A stretch of 64,000 nt of DNA from NCBI GenBank assembly GCA_963668425.1, contig OY764332.1, positions 460,336 through 524,335 of the forward strand. Direction: 5' to 3'. Below the pieces are notes generated by a model. That model made no database searches. It was not told where the DNA came from and saw only the letters and a program-made list of their open reading frames with translations. Shown in pieces: positions 52,770 to 61,737 of the stretch; positions within the stretch are counted from its first letter, which is position 1; each line of letters opens with the position of its first letter. The DNA comes from Minisyncoccota bacterium (GTDB taxonomy: Bacteria > Patescibacteriota > Minisyncoccia > Phycocordibacterales > JABAAK01). Made by a program: the position numbers and the translations under genes.

Positions 52770-53150
52770 ATGGTTTCTGTTTTATATACACTGCGGGTTT
52801 TGTGTGTACTGAGTGTTTTTATGGTATGTGTTTTTTCTACTTGTTTTGTGTATGCCACTGAGTCAGTGCTTAGCATTACGGAGATTATGTATGATGCTGA
52901 GGGAGGGGATGATGGAAAAGAATTTGTAGAAGTTCTAAATACTGGGTCAGAAGAAATTGATATGACGACAGTGAAGTTTTTTGAACGAAATGATCGCCCT
53001 GATCGCCCCGGCGGATCTCTTGCGTCAGGTCAGGGAGGTGTTGTTTGCGACCGGGGGAGGTCGCGATTATTGTGGCAAAACCGGATCTCTTTTTGCAGCA
53101 TTATTCGTTTGATGGGGTTGTGCTTGATACCAGAAATTTTGCACTATTGA
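52770..53150 (+). CDS. N-terminal part (signal peptide plus start of a lamin-tail domain) of a surface protein interrupted by a frameshift near 53005..53045
   Basis: ITEIMYDAEGGDDGKEFVEVLNTGSEEIDM is an LTD core. The frame then runs into nonsense, and the LTD continues in another frame. Confidence 0.45.
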   Translation: MVSVLYTLRVLCVLSVFMVCVFSTCFVYATESVLSITEIMYDAEGGDDGKEFVEVLNTGSEEIDMTTVKFFERNDRPDRPGGSLASGQGGVVCDRGRSRLLWQNRISFCSIIRLMGLCLIPEILHY

Positions 53151-54256
53151 ATACGGGTGCGACTGTTTCGTTAGAGGTTGCCGGTCGCCTGCTACACAGT
53201 GTCGCATATACCACGGAGGACGGCGCGAAGGGTGATGGGAATTCATTACATATTAGGCAGGATGCTGTTATTTTTGCAGGCGAGCCGAATCCTGGGGTGG
53301 TGCAGGGTGTTGTTACGGATGACTCTGGTGCCAGTGAGCGTGATGAGGAGATTGGTGCTGTAGATACTCAGGTAGCGTTTGACACGCAGCAGAGAAATAC
53401 TGAAGAAGCAGAATCCTCTGTTTTTGTGCCCGATGCACAGCATTTGTCTGTCGGGGGAACAGAACCTCCTATTTTTGTATCTGATCCTTCGGTTGTTTTT
53501 TCTGCGTCAACAACTCGGTTTTCAGTTGTGCGTCAGGGGAATGGGCAGGAAGAGATGTATGGGTTGTGGAACTTCGGAGATGGTGACTACACCTATGGCA
53601 CTGTTGTGGAGCATGTGTATTTACACCCTGGTGCCTATATTGTTGTGTTTCAGGCGTTAGATGAGGATGGGTCTGAGGGCTTCGCATTACAAAAAGAGAT
53701 TCGTGTGTTGTTCCCGCAGGTCAGCATTGAGAGAATTGATGATGCATTTGTGCGGTTGCATAATCGTCATCCTTTTGTGCTTGATGTGTCAGGTTGGCGT
53801 ATTGAGTCACAGGGTACTGTTTTTGATTTTCCTATGAGGTCATTGGTGCCGAAGCAGAATAGTATTGTTGTTCCGTTTGCATTTGATGAGAGGCAGGATG
53901 TGTTCTTTGTGACTGCTGGAGGAGGGCAATTCAGCGGGACGTATGTTTCTCCTGATGTCAATAAAGGGCAGGAGGTGGATGTTGCTAAAGCGTTGGTAGC
54001 AGAGAGCCCTGTGTCAGCGAGACGACAAGTTTCCACAAGAAAGGATGTCGTGATTGAGCAGGAGCGAGTCAGTGGCGTGACTCATACTGATGTTTTTGTT
54101 GCGGATGTTGTTAATGATCAGGAAGAAAAACATACTGGTGTTGCTGTGCGGATGATTGCGGTGTGGGTTGTGTTGTTGATTGGCATTATGATTGTTGCAT
54201 TAGTGCCATTTATTTTTACGCGACGGGAAAAAGCAAAACGTTTTGATCATACGTAG
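53045..54256 (+). CDS. Continuation of the LTD-PKD-LTD surface protein (remainder of first LTD, a PKD domain, a second LTD-like domain, C-terminal TM anchor); frameshifted relative to 52770..53150
   Basis: Contains LRPGEVAIIVAKPDLF (LTD), WNFGDGDYTYGTVVEHVYLHPGAYIVVFQALDEDG (PKD) and a C-terminal VAVRMIAVWVVLLIGIMIVALVPFIF. Confidence 0.55.
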   Translation: MRPGEVAIIVAKPDLFLQHYSFDGVVLDTRNFALLNTGATVSLEVAGRLLHSVAYTTEDGAKGDGNSLHIRQDAVIFAGEPNPGVVQGVVTDDSGASERDEEIGAVDTQVAFDTQQRNTEEAESSVFVPDAQHLSVGGTEPPIFVSDPSVVFSASTTRFSVVRQGNGQEEMYGLWNFGDGDYTYGTVVEHVYLHPGAYIVVFQALDEDGSEGFALQKEIRVLFPQVSIERIDDAFVRLHNRHPFVLDVSGWRIESQGTVFDFPMRSLVPKQNSIVVPFAFDERQDVFFVTAGGGQFSGTYVSPDVNKGQEVDVAKALVAESPVSARRQVSTRKDVVIEQERVSGVTHTDVFVADVVNDQEEKHTGVAVRMIAVWVVLLIGIMIVALVPFIFTRREKAKRFDHT

Positions 54257-54405
54257 CGATGAAGTATTGGTGAAAATTTTGATGAATGGTGGTGGGAGAG
54301 TTTTCCACACATTGTAGTATGAAGATGTAAAAAGATGTATAGGGTTACCATAATATAAGTAGACCTGCAAAACAGCGGTCAATTATTAATGTAACCTTTC
54401 ATTTC

Positions 54406-54630
54406 ATGAAACGAAAACGACGAACCACAAAGAAGTCCGCCGCGAAGAAGACAGTGAAGAAGCGACGAAGCACAAAAAAGTCAGCTTCTAAGAAGACAAC
54501 GAAGAAGCGACGAAGCACAAAAAAGTCAGCTTCTAAGAAGACAACGAAGAAGCGACGAAGCACAAAGAGGCGGTCAGCAAAGAAGGTGACTAAAAAGATG
54601 ACAAAGCGTCGAAGTCGCCGTCGCAGGTAA
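54406..54630 (+). CDS. Lysine/arginine-rich repetitive basic protein (histone H1-like / nucleoid-associated candidate)
   Basis: 74 aa, more than 50% K/R, with KKRRSTKKSASKKTT repeats encoded by two perfect 45-bp DNA repeats. Confidence 0.45.
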   Translation: MKRKRRTTKKSAAKKTVKKRRSTKKSASKKTTKKRRSTKKSASKKTTKKRRSTKRRSAKKVTKKMTKRRSRRRR

Positions 54631-54798
54631 GAACTTTCCCTTTTTGTTTTAACAAGCAGGGGTATGTAAGAATGGAGATTTTCTATTTTTACGTGCCCCT
54701 GTTTTGTTTTTTGTTATTTATGTGAGTGACTTCTATCGTTGCGACAGGAGTCGTAGTGTTGGTGATGCCCCTTTCTTTTTATGCGGTATACTTGAGGT

Positions 54799-55404
54799 AT
54801 GGATAGAGAGCATTTTGAACGGACGTTGGTTATTATTAAGCCGGATGCGGTGCAACGAGTATTAGTTGGTGAGATTATTCGGCGTTTTGAGCGAGTTGGA
54901 TTAAAGATAGTCGCGATGAAAATGGTGCGGGTGGATGCTGTCACCGTTGAAAAGCATTATTCACTTGATCCGGATTGGAGGCGAAAAGCCGGTGAGAAGC
55001 AGTTGCGCAATGAAGTGGGAGATGTGGGTGTTGTTAGTGAAGGCGATGCAGTTGCGGCAGGTGAACTTATTTTAGGACACTTAAAGCGATTTATGACTGC
55101 TGGTCCAGTAGTGCCGTTGGTGTTGGAGGGGGCATATGCGGTTTCGTTGACACGAAAGTTAGTTGGCGGTACTGAGCCGTTTTCATCTGATGTTGGTACT
55201 ATTCGTGGAGATTTTGTATTGGATTCGTACGCGTTGGCAAATGATGCAAATCGCTCTATTCGAAATGCGATACATGCGTCTTCAAGTGTTGAGGAAGCCG
55301 AAAAAGAAGTTGCGTTGTGGTTTCAACCGGAAGAAATGCTTGTGTATGAGACCGCGTATGAACGTATATTATACGATGTAAATTTTGATAATGTTATTGA
55401 ATAG
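54799..55404 (+). CDS. ndk: Nucleoside diphosphate kinase with an internal insertion of about 50 aa
   Basis: ERTLVIIKPDAVQR...GLKIVAMK and NAIHASSSVEEAEKEVALWF (active-site His region). About 200 aa versus the typical 140. Confidence 0.7.
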   Translation: MDREHFERTLVIIKPDAVQRVLVGEIIRRFERVGLKIVAMKMVRVDAVTVEKHYSLDPDWRRKAGEKQLRNEVGDVGVVSEGDAVAAGELILGHLKRFMTAGPVVPLVLEGAYAVSLTRKLVGGTEPFSSDVGTIRGDFVLDSYALANDANRSIRNAIHASSSVEEAEKEVALWFQPEEMLVYETAYERILYDVNFDNVIE

Positions 55405-55774
55405 AAACAATTATACTCGTCGTATGCAAGCGTTGCTGTTTGCATTGTTTGCTGCGTCATTGATGGTTGTTCTGCATGGTGTTGGTACAGAGCGTGCCTG
55501 GTACTGGACGTATCAGTGGTTTGATATTATTACACACCTGCTTGGTGGTTTTTCGTTGGGTTTGCTTGCTGCATTGTTGTACGGGAAAACAAAGAGGTCT
55601 TTGATTCTTTCCCTTGCTACTGTGCTGCTATTGATTATTGGGTGGGAAGTATTTGAAGTGTTGTTTGTGGGTACAGCGGTAGGAGATGCATGGTATGGTG
55701 TAAAAACTATGAAGGATGTGGCGGTAGGTCTTGTTAGTGCGTATGTAGCAATAATGGTGTATGAGAAAGGGTAG
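55385..55774 (+). CDS. Small membrane protein (possibly VanZ-like)
   Basis: Four TM segments; WFDIITHLLGGFSLGLL resembles the VanZ-family motif. Weak evidence. Confidence 0.3.
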   Translation: MIMLLNRNNYTRRMQALLFALFAASLMVVLHGVGTERAWYWTYQWFDIITHLLGGFSLGLLAALLYGKTKRSLILSLATVLLLIIGWEVFEVLFVGTAVGDAWYGVKTMKDVAVGLVSAYVAIMVYEKG

Positions 55775-55795
55775 CCGTGTCTACAGCATTTTTTT

Positions 55796-56143
55796 CTATG
55801 CTTTAGTAGATTCGACGATGCGGTCAAATAGTATTTTCCTTTTTTGTGCAATTTCTGACAACATTTTTCGGTTGAGTAGTATACCTTTTTTCTTTAATGT
55901 ACCCATAAATGTGCTATATGAAAGGTTGTGGGGCTTTAGTGCCGCACTGATGCGGATATTCCAGAGCCGTCTAAAATCCCCTTTTTTCTTTTTGCGATGT
56001 GCGAATGCATGATTGCCAGCGTGAAGCCATGCTTCGCGTGCTTGCCTCTCCTTGGTGGAACGACCCCAGCGATACCCTTTTACTTTTTTTAGTAGGGATT
56101 TTCTGCTTTTTAGGGAAATTGTACCTCGTTTTACGCGAACCAT
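55796..56143 (-). CDS. rplT: 50S ribosomal protein L20
   Basis: MVRVKRGTISLKSRKSLLKKVKGYRWGRS...FRRLWNIRISAA matches L20. Confidence 0.85.
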   Translation of the reverse strand: MVRVKRGTISLKSRKSLLKKVKGYRWGRSTKERQAREAWLHAGNHAFAHRKKKKGDFRRLWNIRISAALKPHNLSYSTFMGTLKKKGILLNRKMLSEIAQKRKILFDRIVESTKA

Positions 56144-56163
56144 ATATTTTATAGTATATCCTC

Positions 56164-56349
56164 CTATGTAGAGAGTGTATATCGTTGTTGCATTTTGGTT
56201 GACATCTGTACTGACCTTTGTCGCTTTTTTGCTAGTTTTTTAGAACGAGAGTATTTCGCATTGAAATGACCGCGACCTTTACCACTGGCAAGAAGCACAC
56301 CTTTTTTTGTAACACGGATGCGTGAACGAGCTGCTTTGTTTGATTTCAT
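56164..56349 (-). CDS. rpmI: 50S ribosomal protein L35
   Basis: 61-aa basic protein between infC and rplT (canonical operon position); GKGRGHF is L35-like. Confidence 0.65.
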   Translation of the reverse strand: MKSNKAARSRIRVTKKGVLLASGKGRGHFNAKYSRSKKLAKKRQRSVQMSTKMQQRYTLST

Positions 56350-56462
56350 ATTGTGTAAAGTATATCATATAAAGTAGGGTTTGTGCAAAAGGGTGTGATG
56401 GTGTAGGATATATGATAAGGCCTATGGGGTACTAGTAACGATATTAGATATGGAGGAGTTGT

Positions 56463-57068
56463 ATGATGAGAGGGAGAGCTATTATAGTTTTTGGGCTTCC
56501 AGGGTCAGGGAAGAGAACACAGGTTGCCAATCTCTGTGTTGCTGTTGAAGAGCGTGGTCAGACGTGTCAGGTCATAGAGGTTGGCAGGTGTCTTCGTGCC
56601 ATAACGGCAACACAGCACTCTTCGTTTGTGGCAGAATCTCTTGCTGAAGTGATGAGTGAAGGGAGATTAGTGCCTGAAATATTTCCGTTGTATGTGTTGG
56701 CGAAGGAGGTGATTGAAACCCCTCTCGCAGATGTTGTTATTATGGATGGATTTGGTAGACGGCTTCCTGAATTGAAAATGGTGTTGCGTTTGTTTGGTAT
56801 GGTTAAGTATCAGATAGATGCTGTTCTTTTAGATATCAGCACAGATGAGGCACGTAAGCGGCTCTTTGACCGAGGTCGTGAGGATGATGTGCCCGAGGCT
56901 ATCACTCAAAGGATTTGTGCCTATCAAGGGAGTACCAAAGTGTCTCTTCGCTATCTTCGGCGTAACACAGAGCAAGTGAGTTTTTATAAAATTGATGGTG
57001 TAGGCACTGTTGATGAAGTGCACCAACGATTAATTGATTGCCTTATAAAAAATAAGACGCCTTACTGA
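56463..57068 (+). CDS. Adenylate-kinase-family paralog (divergent P-loop GLPGSGKRTQ)
   Basis: Aligns along its full length with the adk at 10640 (DGFGRR, RLFDRGREDD, IDGVGTVDEVHQRL), but the conserved GKGTQ is changed to GKRTQ. Confidence 0.6.
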   Translation: MMRGRAIIVFGLPGSGKRTQVANLCVAVEERGQTCQVIEVGRCLRAITATQHSSFVAESLAEVMSEGRLVPEIFPLYVLAKEVIETPLADVVIMDGFGRRLPELKMVLRLFGMVKYQIDAVLLDISTDEARKRLFDRGREDDVPEAITQRICAYQGSTKVSLRYLRRNTEQVSFYKIDGVGTVDEVHQRLIDCLIKNKTPY

Positions 57069-57075
57069 GGCGTCT

Positions 57076-57636
57076 TTATTTTTTGCTATCACCTGATTGG
57101 AGTGTGGTAGAAAAACCCTTTGGGCTTTTGCGGATTTCACCTATAATATTAATTTCACCTGGAATGGTTTTTATGAATGATGAGAGTTTCTTTTTTAGAA
57201 AATCCACATCCATACTTTTGTAGCGGCCAAATAGAAATAGATCTACCTGTACACGGCTGCCATTGTCTAGCCACTCGCGGATTTTTTTTGCCCGCATTTC
57301 AAGGATGTCGCCACTGGTACCTGGCTTGATTTGTGTATGTTTTGTACCTTCTTGTTTTTTACCTTTTTCTTTATCTTGATCTGCCCATTTCTTTTTTAGT
57401 TTATTTTGCTCATACTGATATTTGCCGTAGTCGGCAATGCGGACAACTGGTGGATTGGATTTTGCGGTTACTTCTACCAAGTCAAGATTTGCTTTGCGTG
57501 CCTGTGCCATAGCATCTTTTATTGAAACAACTCCTGCATTTCCTCCGGTGGCATCAACGAGGCGAACTTTGTATGCACGAATTGCCTCGTTGATACGAAC
57601 CTTTGGTTGTGCTAATTTTTTTGGTCCTCTACGAAT
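57076..57636 (-). CDS. infC: Translation initiation factor IF-3, probably using an AUU start codon
   Basis: ANLDLVEV...PPVVRIADYGKYQYE is IF3. An in-frame N-terminal extension (IRRGPKKLAQPKVRINEAIRAYKVRLVD) begins at an ATT at about 57636. Putative promoter TTGTCT-17-TATACT lies just upstream. Confidence 0.65.
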   Translation of the reverse strand: MRRGPKKLAQPKVRINEAIRAYKVRLVDATGGNAGVVSIKDAMAQARKANLDLVEVTAKSNPPVVRIADYGKYQYEQNKLKKKWADQDKEKGKKQEGTKHTQIKPGTSGDILEMRAKKIREWLDNGSRVQVDLFLFGRYKSMDVDFLKKKLSSFIKTIPGEINIIGEIRKSPKGFSTTLQSGDSKK

Positions 57637-57725
57637 ATGCAGGTAGTATATATCACGCTAGATGGGTAGACAAGGGCTATACACATGTTGCAAAAGTGTT
57701 GTGCGTACGGTAGTATACTAATTAT

Positions 57726-57899
57726 ATGTTACAGTATTTTGTCGGCGTTGCTGGAGAGTTTAAGCAAATTCGTTGGTTGTCAGCAAAAAGAGCCTTTTTG
57801 TTTTCTGTCATTGTTGTTGTTGTGTCGTTTTTGTTTGGGTTTGCTCTTGGTGCAGTAGATAGCTTGTTTGCGACATTACTTAAGAGTATTGTTATATAG
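57726..57899 (+). CDS. secE: Preprotein translocase subunit SecE (57 aa; below the ORF-track cutoff)
   Basis: MLQYFVGVAGEFKQIRWLSAKRAF followed by a single TM, immediately upstream of nusG (conserved secE-nusG order). Confidence 0.55.
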   Translation: MLQYFVGVAGEFKQIRWLSAKRAFLFSVIVVVVSFLFGFALGAVDSLFATLLKSIVI

Positions 57900-57911
57900 T
57901 ATACGTGTTAT

Positions 57912-58457
57912 ATGGAAGAGATACAGGAAGAAAAACAGCCAAAATGGTATGTGGTGAAAGTTCACTCAGGTTTTGAGCAGGTGGTGAGAATGAGTATTAT
58001 GCAGACCATAGAGTCGCTTGGGCTTGCAGATAAGATATTTGAAGTGGTAATACCGACTGAGAAACAGGTACGTATTAAGGGAGGTAAGCGAACGGAGAAA
58101 GAGGAGCGGATATATCCTGGTTATATTTTGGTATACATGATTATTGATGATCAGACGTGGTATGCGATTAACAATGTTGAGTATTCCTCAGGGTTTCTTG
58201 GTTCTCGGGCGCATGCTGAGTCATTATCGCAGGAGGAGGTTGATGTTATTAAGGAGCGAATGCGTGGTGATACGGTGCGGCATGAAACTGACCTTAAGGT
58301 GGGAGATGCTGTTAAAATTATTGATGGCCCATTTTCGGATCTGGGTGGCAAGGTTAGTGAGGTGGATATTGATAAAGGTCAAGCGACGGTGCTTATTCCT
58401 ATGTTTGGTAGAGAGACCCCAGTCAAACTGGATCTTTTCCAAATTCGCAGTGTGTAG
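57912..58457 (+). CDS. nusG: Transcription termination/antitermination factor NusG
   Basis: NGN domain (WYVVKVHSGFEQ) and KOW domain (VGDAVKIIDGPFSDLGGKV). Confidence 0.85.
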   Translation: MEEIQEEKQPKWYVVKVHSGFEQVVRMSIMQTIESLGLADKIFEVVIPTEKQVRIKGGKRTEKEERIYPGYILVYMIIDDQTWYAINNVEYSSGFLGSRAHAESLSQEEVDVIKERMRGDTVRHETDLKVGDAVKIIDGPFSDLGGKVSEVDIDKGQATVLIPMFGRETPVKLDLFQIRSV

Positions 58458-58478
58458 TACACTGTGTATGTTATTAGT

Positions 58479-58901
58479 ATGGCAAAACCAATCAAACAAG
58501 TTATCAAGCTGCAAATAGAGGCGGGCAAAGCAACGCCAGCGCCGCCTATCGGCACTGTGCTTGGTCCGGCGGGGATTAATATCGGTGATTTTTGTTCGCA
58601 GTTTAATGAACAGTCAAAAGAGCGGAGTGGGGAAATTGTACCGGTTGTGTTGACGATATATGAAGACAGGACATTCAGTTTTATAATGAAAACGCCACCG
58701 GCGTCGTTTTTGTTGCGTGAGGCAGCGGGGGTGGATAAAGGGTCTGGGCAAAATCTTGTGAAAAAGGCGGGTAAGGTTAGTGCGTCTGCAGTGCGTGAGA
58801 TTGCGGAGCGAAAAATGGAGGATTTGAATGCTCGAGATGTGGAGGCAGCGATGGAGATTGTGCGAGGGACGGCACGGTCTATGGGGATAGAGGTGGTATA
58901 A
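58479..58901 (+). CDS. rplK: 50S ribosomal protein L11
   Basis: MAKPIKQVIKLQIEAGKATPAPPIGTVLGPAGINI is the L11 N-terminus. Confidence 0.85.
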   Translation: MAKPIKQVIKLQIEAGKATPAPPIGTVLGPAGINIGDFCSQFNEQSKERSGEIVPVVLTIYEDRTFSFIMKTPPASFLLREAAGVDKGSGQNLVKKAGKVSASAVREIAERKMEDLNARDVEAAMEIVRGTARSMGIEVV

Positions 58902-58917
58902 TGGGACTGGTGGGCGT

Positions 58918-59496
58918 ATGTATATAATTAATATGAGCAAGGTGTATATAATTAGTGGGATATTACTATTTGTAATTCTTTTCGTTGTGCTGATGTACAA
59001 TGGGCTGGTTCGTATGCGCAATCGGCAAGAGGAGGCATGGTCTGATATTGATGTGCAATTGAAACGACGGTATGATCTGATACCGAATTTGGTGAGTACT
59101 GTGAAGGGGTATGCGAAACATGAGCAGGAGACATTGCGAAACGTAACTGAGATGCGGACTCGTGCGCTTGCGGCAGATGGGGCAAAAGAGAAGGGAGAGG
59201 CGGAAAACATGTTGAGCGGTGCATTAAAAACTATTTTTGCGGTTGCTGAAAATTATCCTGATTTGAAGGCGAGTGAAAACTTTGTTGAGTTGCAGCGAGA
59301 ACTGAGTGATACCGAGAATAAAATTCAGTCCGCGCGTCGTTTTTATAACAACACGGTGCAGGATTTAAATACTGCGGTGCAGGTGTTTCCAAAGAATATC
59401 ATTGCGAACATGTTTGGCTTTAAGGAGGAAGAGTTTTTTGAACTTGCTGAGGAAGAGAAAGAGAAGGCAGGTGATCCGGTTGAGGTGCAGTTTTAA
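58918..59496 (+). CDS. lemA: LemA-family membrane protein
   Basis: N-terminal TM and the LemA signature WSDIDVQLKRRYDLIPNLV...NYPDLKASENF. Confidence 0.75.
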   Translation: MYIINMSKVYIISGILLFVILFVVLMYNGLVRMRNRQEEAWSDIDVQLKRRYDLIPNLVSTVKGYAKHEQETLRNVTEMRTRALAADGAKEKGEAENMLSGALKTIFAVAENYPDLKASENFVELQRELSDTENKIQSARRFYNNTVQDLNTAVQVFPKNIIANMFGFKEEEFFELAEEEKEKAGDPVEVQF

Positions 59497-59511
59497 TACT
59501 AAGCGTGTGAT

Positions 59512-60444
59512 ATGGCTTCGTTGTACGCAGAACAAGGAAAGAATGTTCGGCAGACATTTTTCTTAATGTCACTTTTTTTGGTGCTTGTTATTGGTGTTGG
59601 TTGGTTGGCATCAGTTTACTTTGGATCGCCGGGTATTTTGTATATTGTAACGCTGATAGCGATTCTGATTAACGTTTTTGCCTACTGGCATTCTGATAGC
59701 ATTGCTGTTCGTTTGACGCGTGCTCGGGAAATTTCCCGAGATGAATATTTTGACTACTGGAATGCGGTGGAAAATCTTTGTATTAGCATTGGCGCGCCGA
59801 TGCCGAAACTGTACGTCATCAATGACACTTCTCCTAATGCGTTTGCTACCGGTCGGAGTCCGAAGCATTCTGCCATTGTTGTAACAAAAGGGTTGCTTGA
59901 TGTGATGGATAATGTGGAGTTGGAAGGGGTGTTGGCGCATGAGCTTGCGCATATACAAAATCGGGATACTCTTTTGATGACTTCTGTGGTGGTGTTGTTT
60001 GGTTTCGTGGTGATACTGCTTGATATGTTGTTGCATGTTATGGCATTTGGAGGTGATGATGATGATGGTGGCAGTCCGTTGATGCTTCTTATTGTTGTCG
60101 CTGCTTATTTTGTGATGCCATTGCTGTTGACCTTGATTCGTCTTGCAGTTTCACGGAAGCGGGAGTTTCTTGCTGATGCGACTGCTGGAGTGTACACCAG
60201 ACACCCTGAAGGACTTGCTTCTGCGCTGGAGAAAATTGGCAAGATACATCAGCCGATGCGGCATACTAGCTCTGCAACTGCACATCTTTTTATTTCTGAT
60301 CCGTTTGCTTCGTATGCTGATAGTTCAAATGATGGTGGTATGCATCGTCGGCCTAGGCGACGACTTGGCAGGAGGTTTGCTCGACTTTTTGACACTCATC
60401 CGCCGATAGTAGAACGGGTTAGTGCATTGTGTGGTAAAAAGTAA
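59512..60444 (+). CDS. htpX: Zinc metalloprotease HtpX (M48 family)
   Basis: HELAHIQNRD zinc motif and four TM segments. Confidence 0.8.
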   Translation: MASLYAEQGKNVRQTFFLMSLFLVLVIGVGWLASVYFGSPGILYIVTLIAILINVFAYWHSDSIAVRLTRAREISRDEYFDYWNAVENLCISIGAPMPKLYVINDTSPNAFATGRSPKHSAIVVTKGLLDVMDNVELEGVLAHELAHIQNRDTLLMTSVVVLFGFVVILLDMLLHVMAFGGDDDDGGSPLMLLIVVAAYFVMPLLLTLIRLAVSRKREFLADATAGVYTRHPEGLASALEKIGKIHQPMRHTSSATAHLFISDPFASYADSSNDGGMHRRPRRRLGRRFARLFDTHPPIVERVSALCGKK

Positions 60445-60483
60445 TTATTGTGTTTTGTTTTAGTATGGTATACATGAATTGTT

Positions 60484-60555
60484 GGGTCTATAGTTTAATT
60501 GGTAAAACAGCGGTCTCCAAAACCGCCGTTTCAGGTTCAAGTCCTGATGGACCCG
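60484..60555 (+). tRNA. tRNA-Trp (anticodon CCA)
   Basis: Cloverleaf with anticodon loop CTCCAAA and T-loop TTCAAGT. Confidence 0.75.
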
Positions 60556-60639
60556 CCTCTTTGCTCTATGCCTGCCGTGTTATTTTTCGCTGTTTTGGAG
60601 ACCGCACGCGGTCTCGCCATTAGTCAGCTTCGCTAAACG

Positions 60640-60715
60640 CTCGCAACGCCACCGTTTCAGGAACAAGATCTGATGGACCCGCCTCTTTGCTCTATGCCTG
60701 TCGTGTTATTTTTTG
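60640..60715. repeat. Degenerate duplicate of the tRNA-Trp 3-prime portion plus about 37 bp of downstream flank
   Basis: ccaccgtttcaggaacaagatctgatggacccgcctctttgctctatgcctgtcgtgttatttttt matches aaccgccgtttcaggttcaagtcctgatggacccgcctctttgctctatgcctgccgtgttattttt. Confidence 0.7.
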
Positions 60716-61610
60716 TCGTTTGTATGTAGTGTCAAGGTCTTGATGGAGTTGACCTACTTGGTGTTCTTGGTACCAATGGGCTTCTGGGTAGCGGCGGAGC
60801 CAATTTTCTTGTCTTTTGGCGTAAGCGAATATAGCATTGAGGAGGTTTGCCTTTGTTTCTTCAGGCGAGATATGTTGTGTAAGCATGGCTGCTATGTGTC
60901 TGCATTCTAATCCCATGCGAGAAAACCATACTTCTTCCACGCCTTGCTTGAGCAATGTTTTGATCTCTTCGGCCATTGTGTCAAATCGAATGTCCAATCG
61001 TTTTGCTATGCGTTCTCGTAGGTGTGGTCTGCTGTGTTTGATGCCGATCATTATGTAGTTGTACCGTTTCATTCTTTTTTGCATTGGGAATACACCGAGT
61101 TCTCGTATGATTTCAAGTGCGCGGATAAGTCGTCTGGGATTTTGTATATCTATCCTGTCGTAGGCATCGTGATCTTTTTTTTTGAGTTCTTGTTGCAGTT
61201 CAGTCAACTCTTTTTGCTCCATTGTTTTTCTGTAGGCAGGATTTGTCGGTACCTTTGCAGTTGTACCACTGAAGAGTAGGGCATCAATATAGAAACCAGA
61301 GCCACCGGCGATAATCGGTAGGCGTGCGCGGCTGTGTATTGCTTTTATGTGTGGCGTTGCCTCGTCGGCAAACTGGTGTGCGCTGTACTCTTTGCCTGGG
61401 TTGATGATGTCTAGCATATGGTGTGGGACGTCGCACATCTCTGATTTGGTGATTTTTCCTGTTGTCGCATCTAAGTGACGGTATACCTGTCGTGAATCGG
61501 CAGAGATGACCTCGCCGTTGTATCGTCGTGCTAGGTCAACTGCGAGATCGCTTTTGCCACTGGCAGTTGTGCCTACGATGACGAGGAGAGGTGGGTGAGA
61601 TTGCTCCATA
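60692..61610 (-). CDS. miaA: tRNA dimethylallyltransferase MiaA
   Basis: P-loop VIVGTTASGKSDLA and the MiaA core. The real start is the ATG at 61610. The 68-aa extension in the ORF track reads through tRNA-Leu sequence. Confidence 0.8.
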
Positions 61611-61674
61611 GTGCCGAAGGAGGGACTTGAACCCTCACTCCCGAAGGAACGCGATTTTGAGTCGCGCGCGTCTG
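61608..61674. repeat. Partial duplicate of tRNA-Leu(CAA): 62 nt of its 3-prime portion including the complete anticodon arm, plus CATAG. It abuts the miaA start codon
   Basis: Identical to 61733..61799 of the intact tRNA region. The duplicated CATAG supplies the miaA ATG. Confidence 0.8.
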
Positions 61675-61737
61675 CCCGTGCCGTCAATCTTTGATTGGCG
61701 CTGACTATCAGACGCCACTGTGGCGGAATTATCATAG

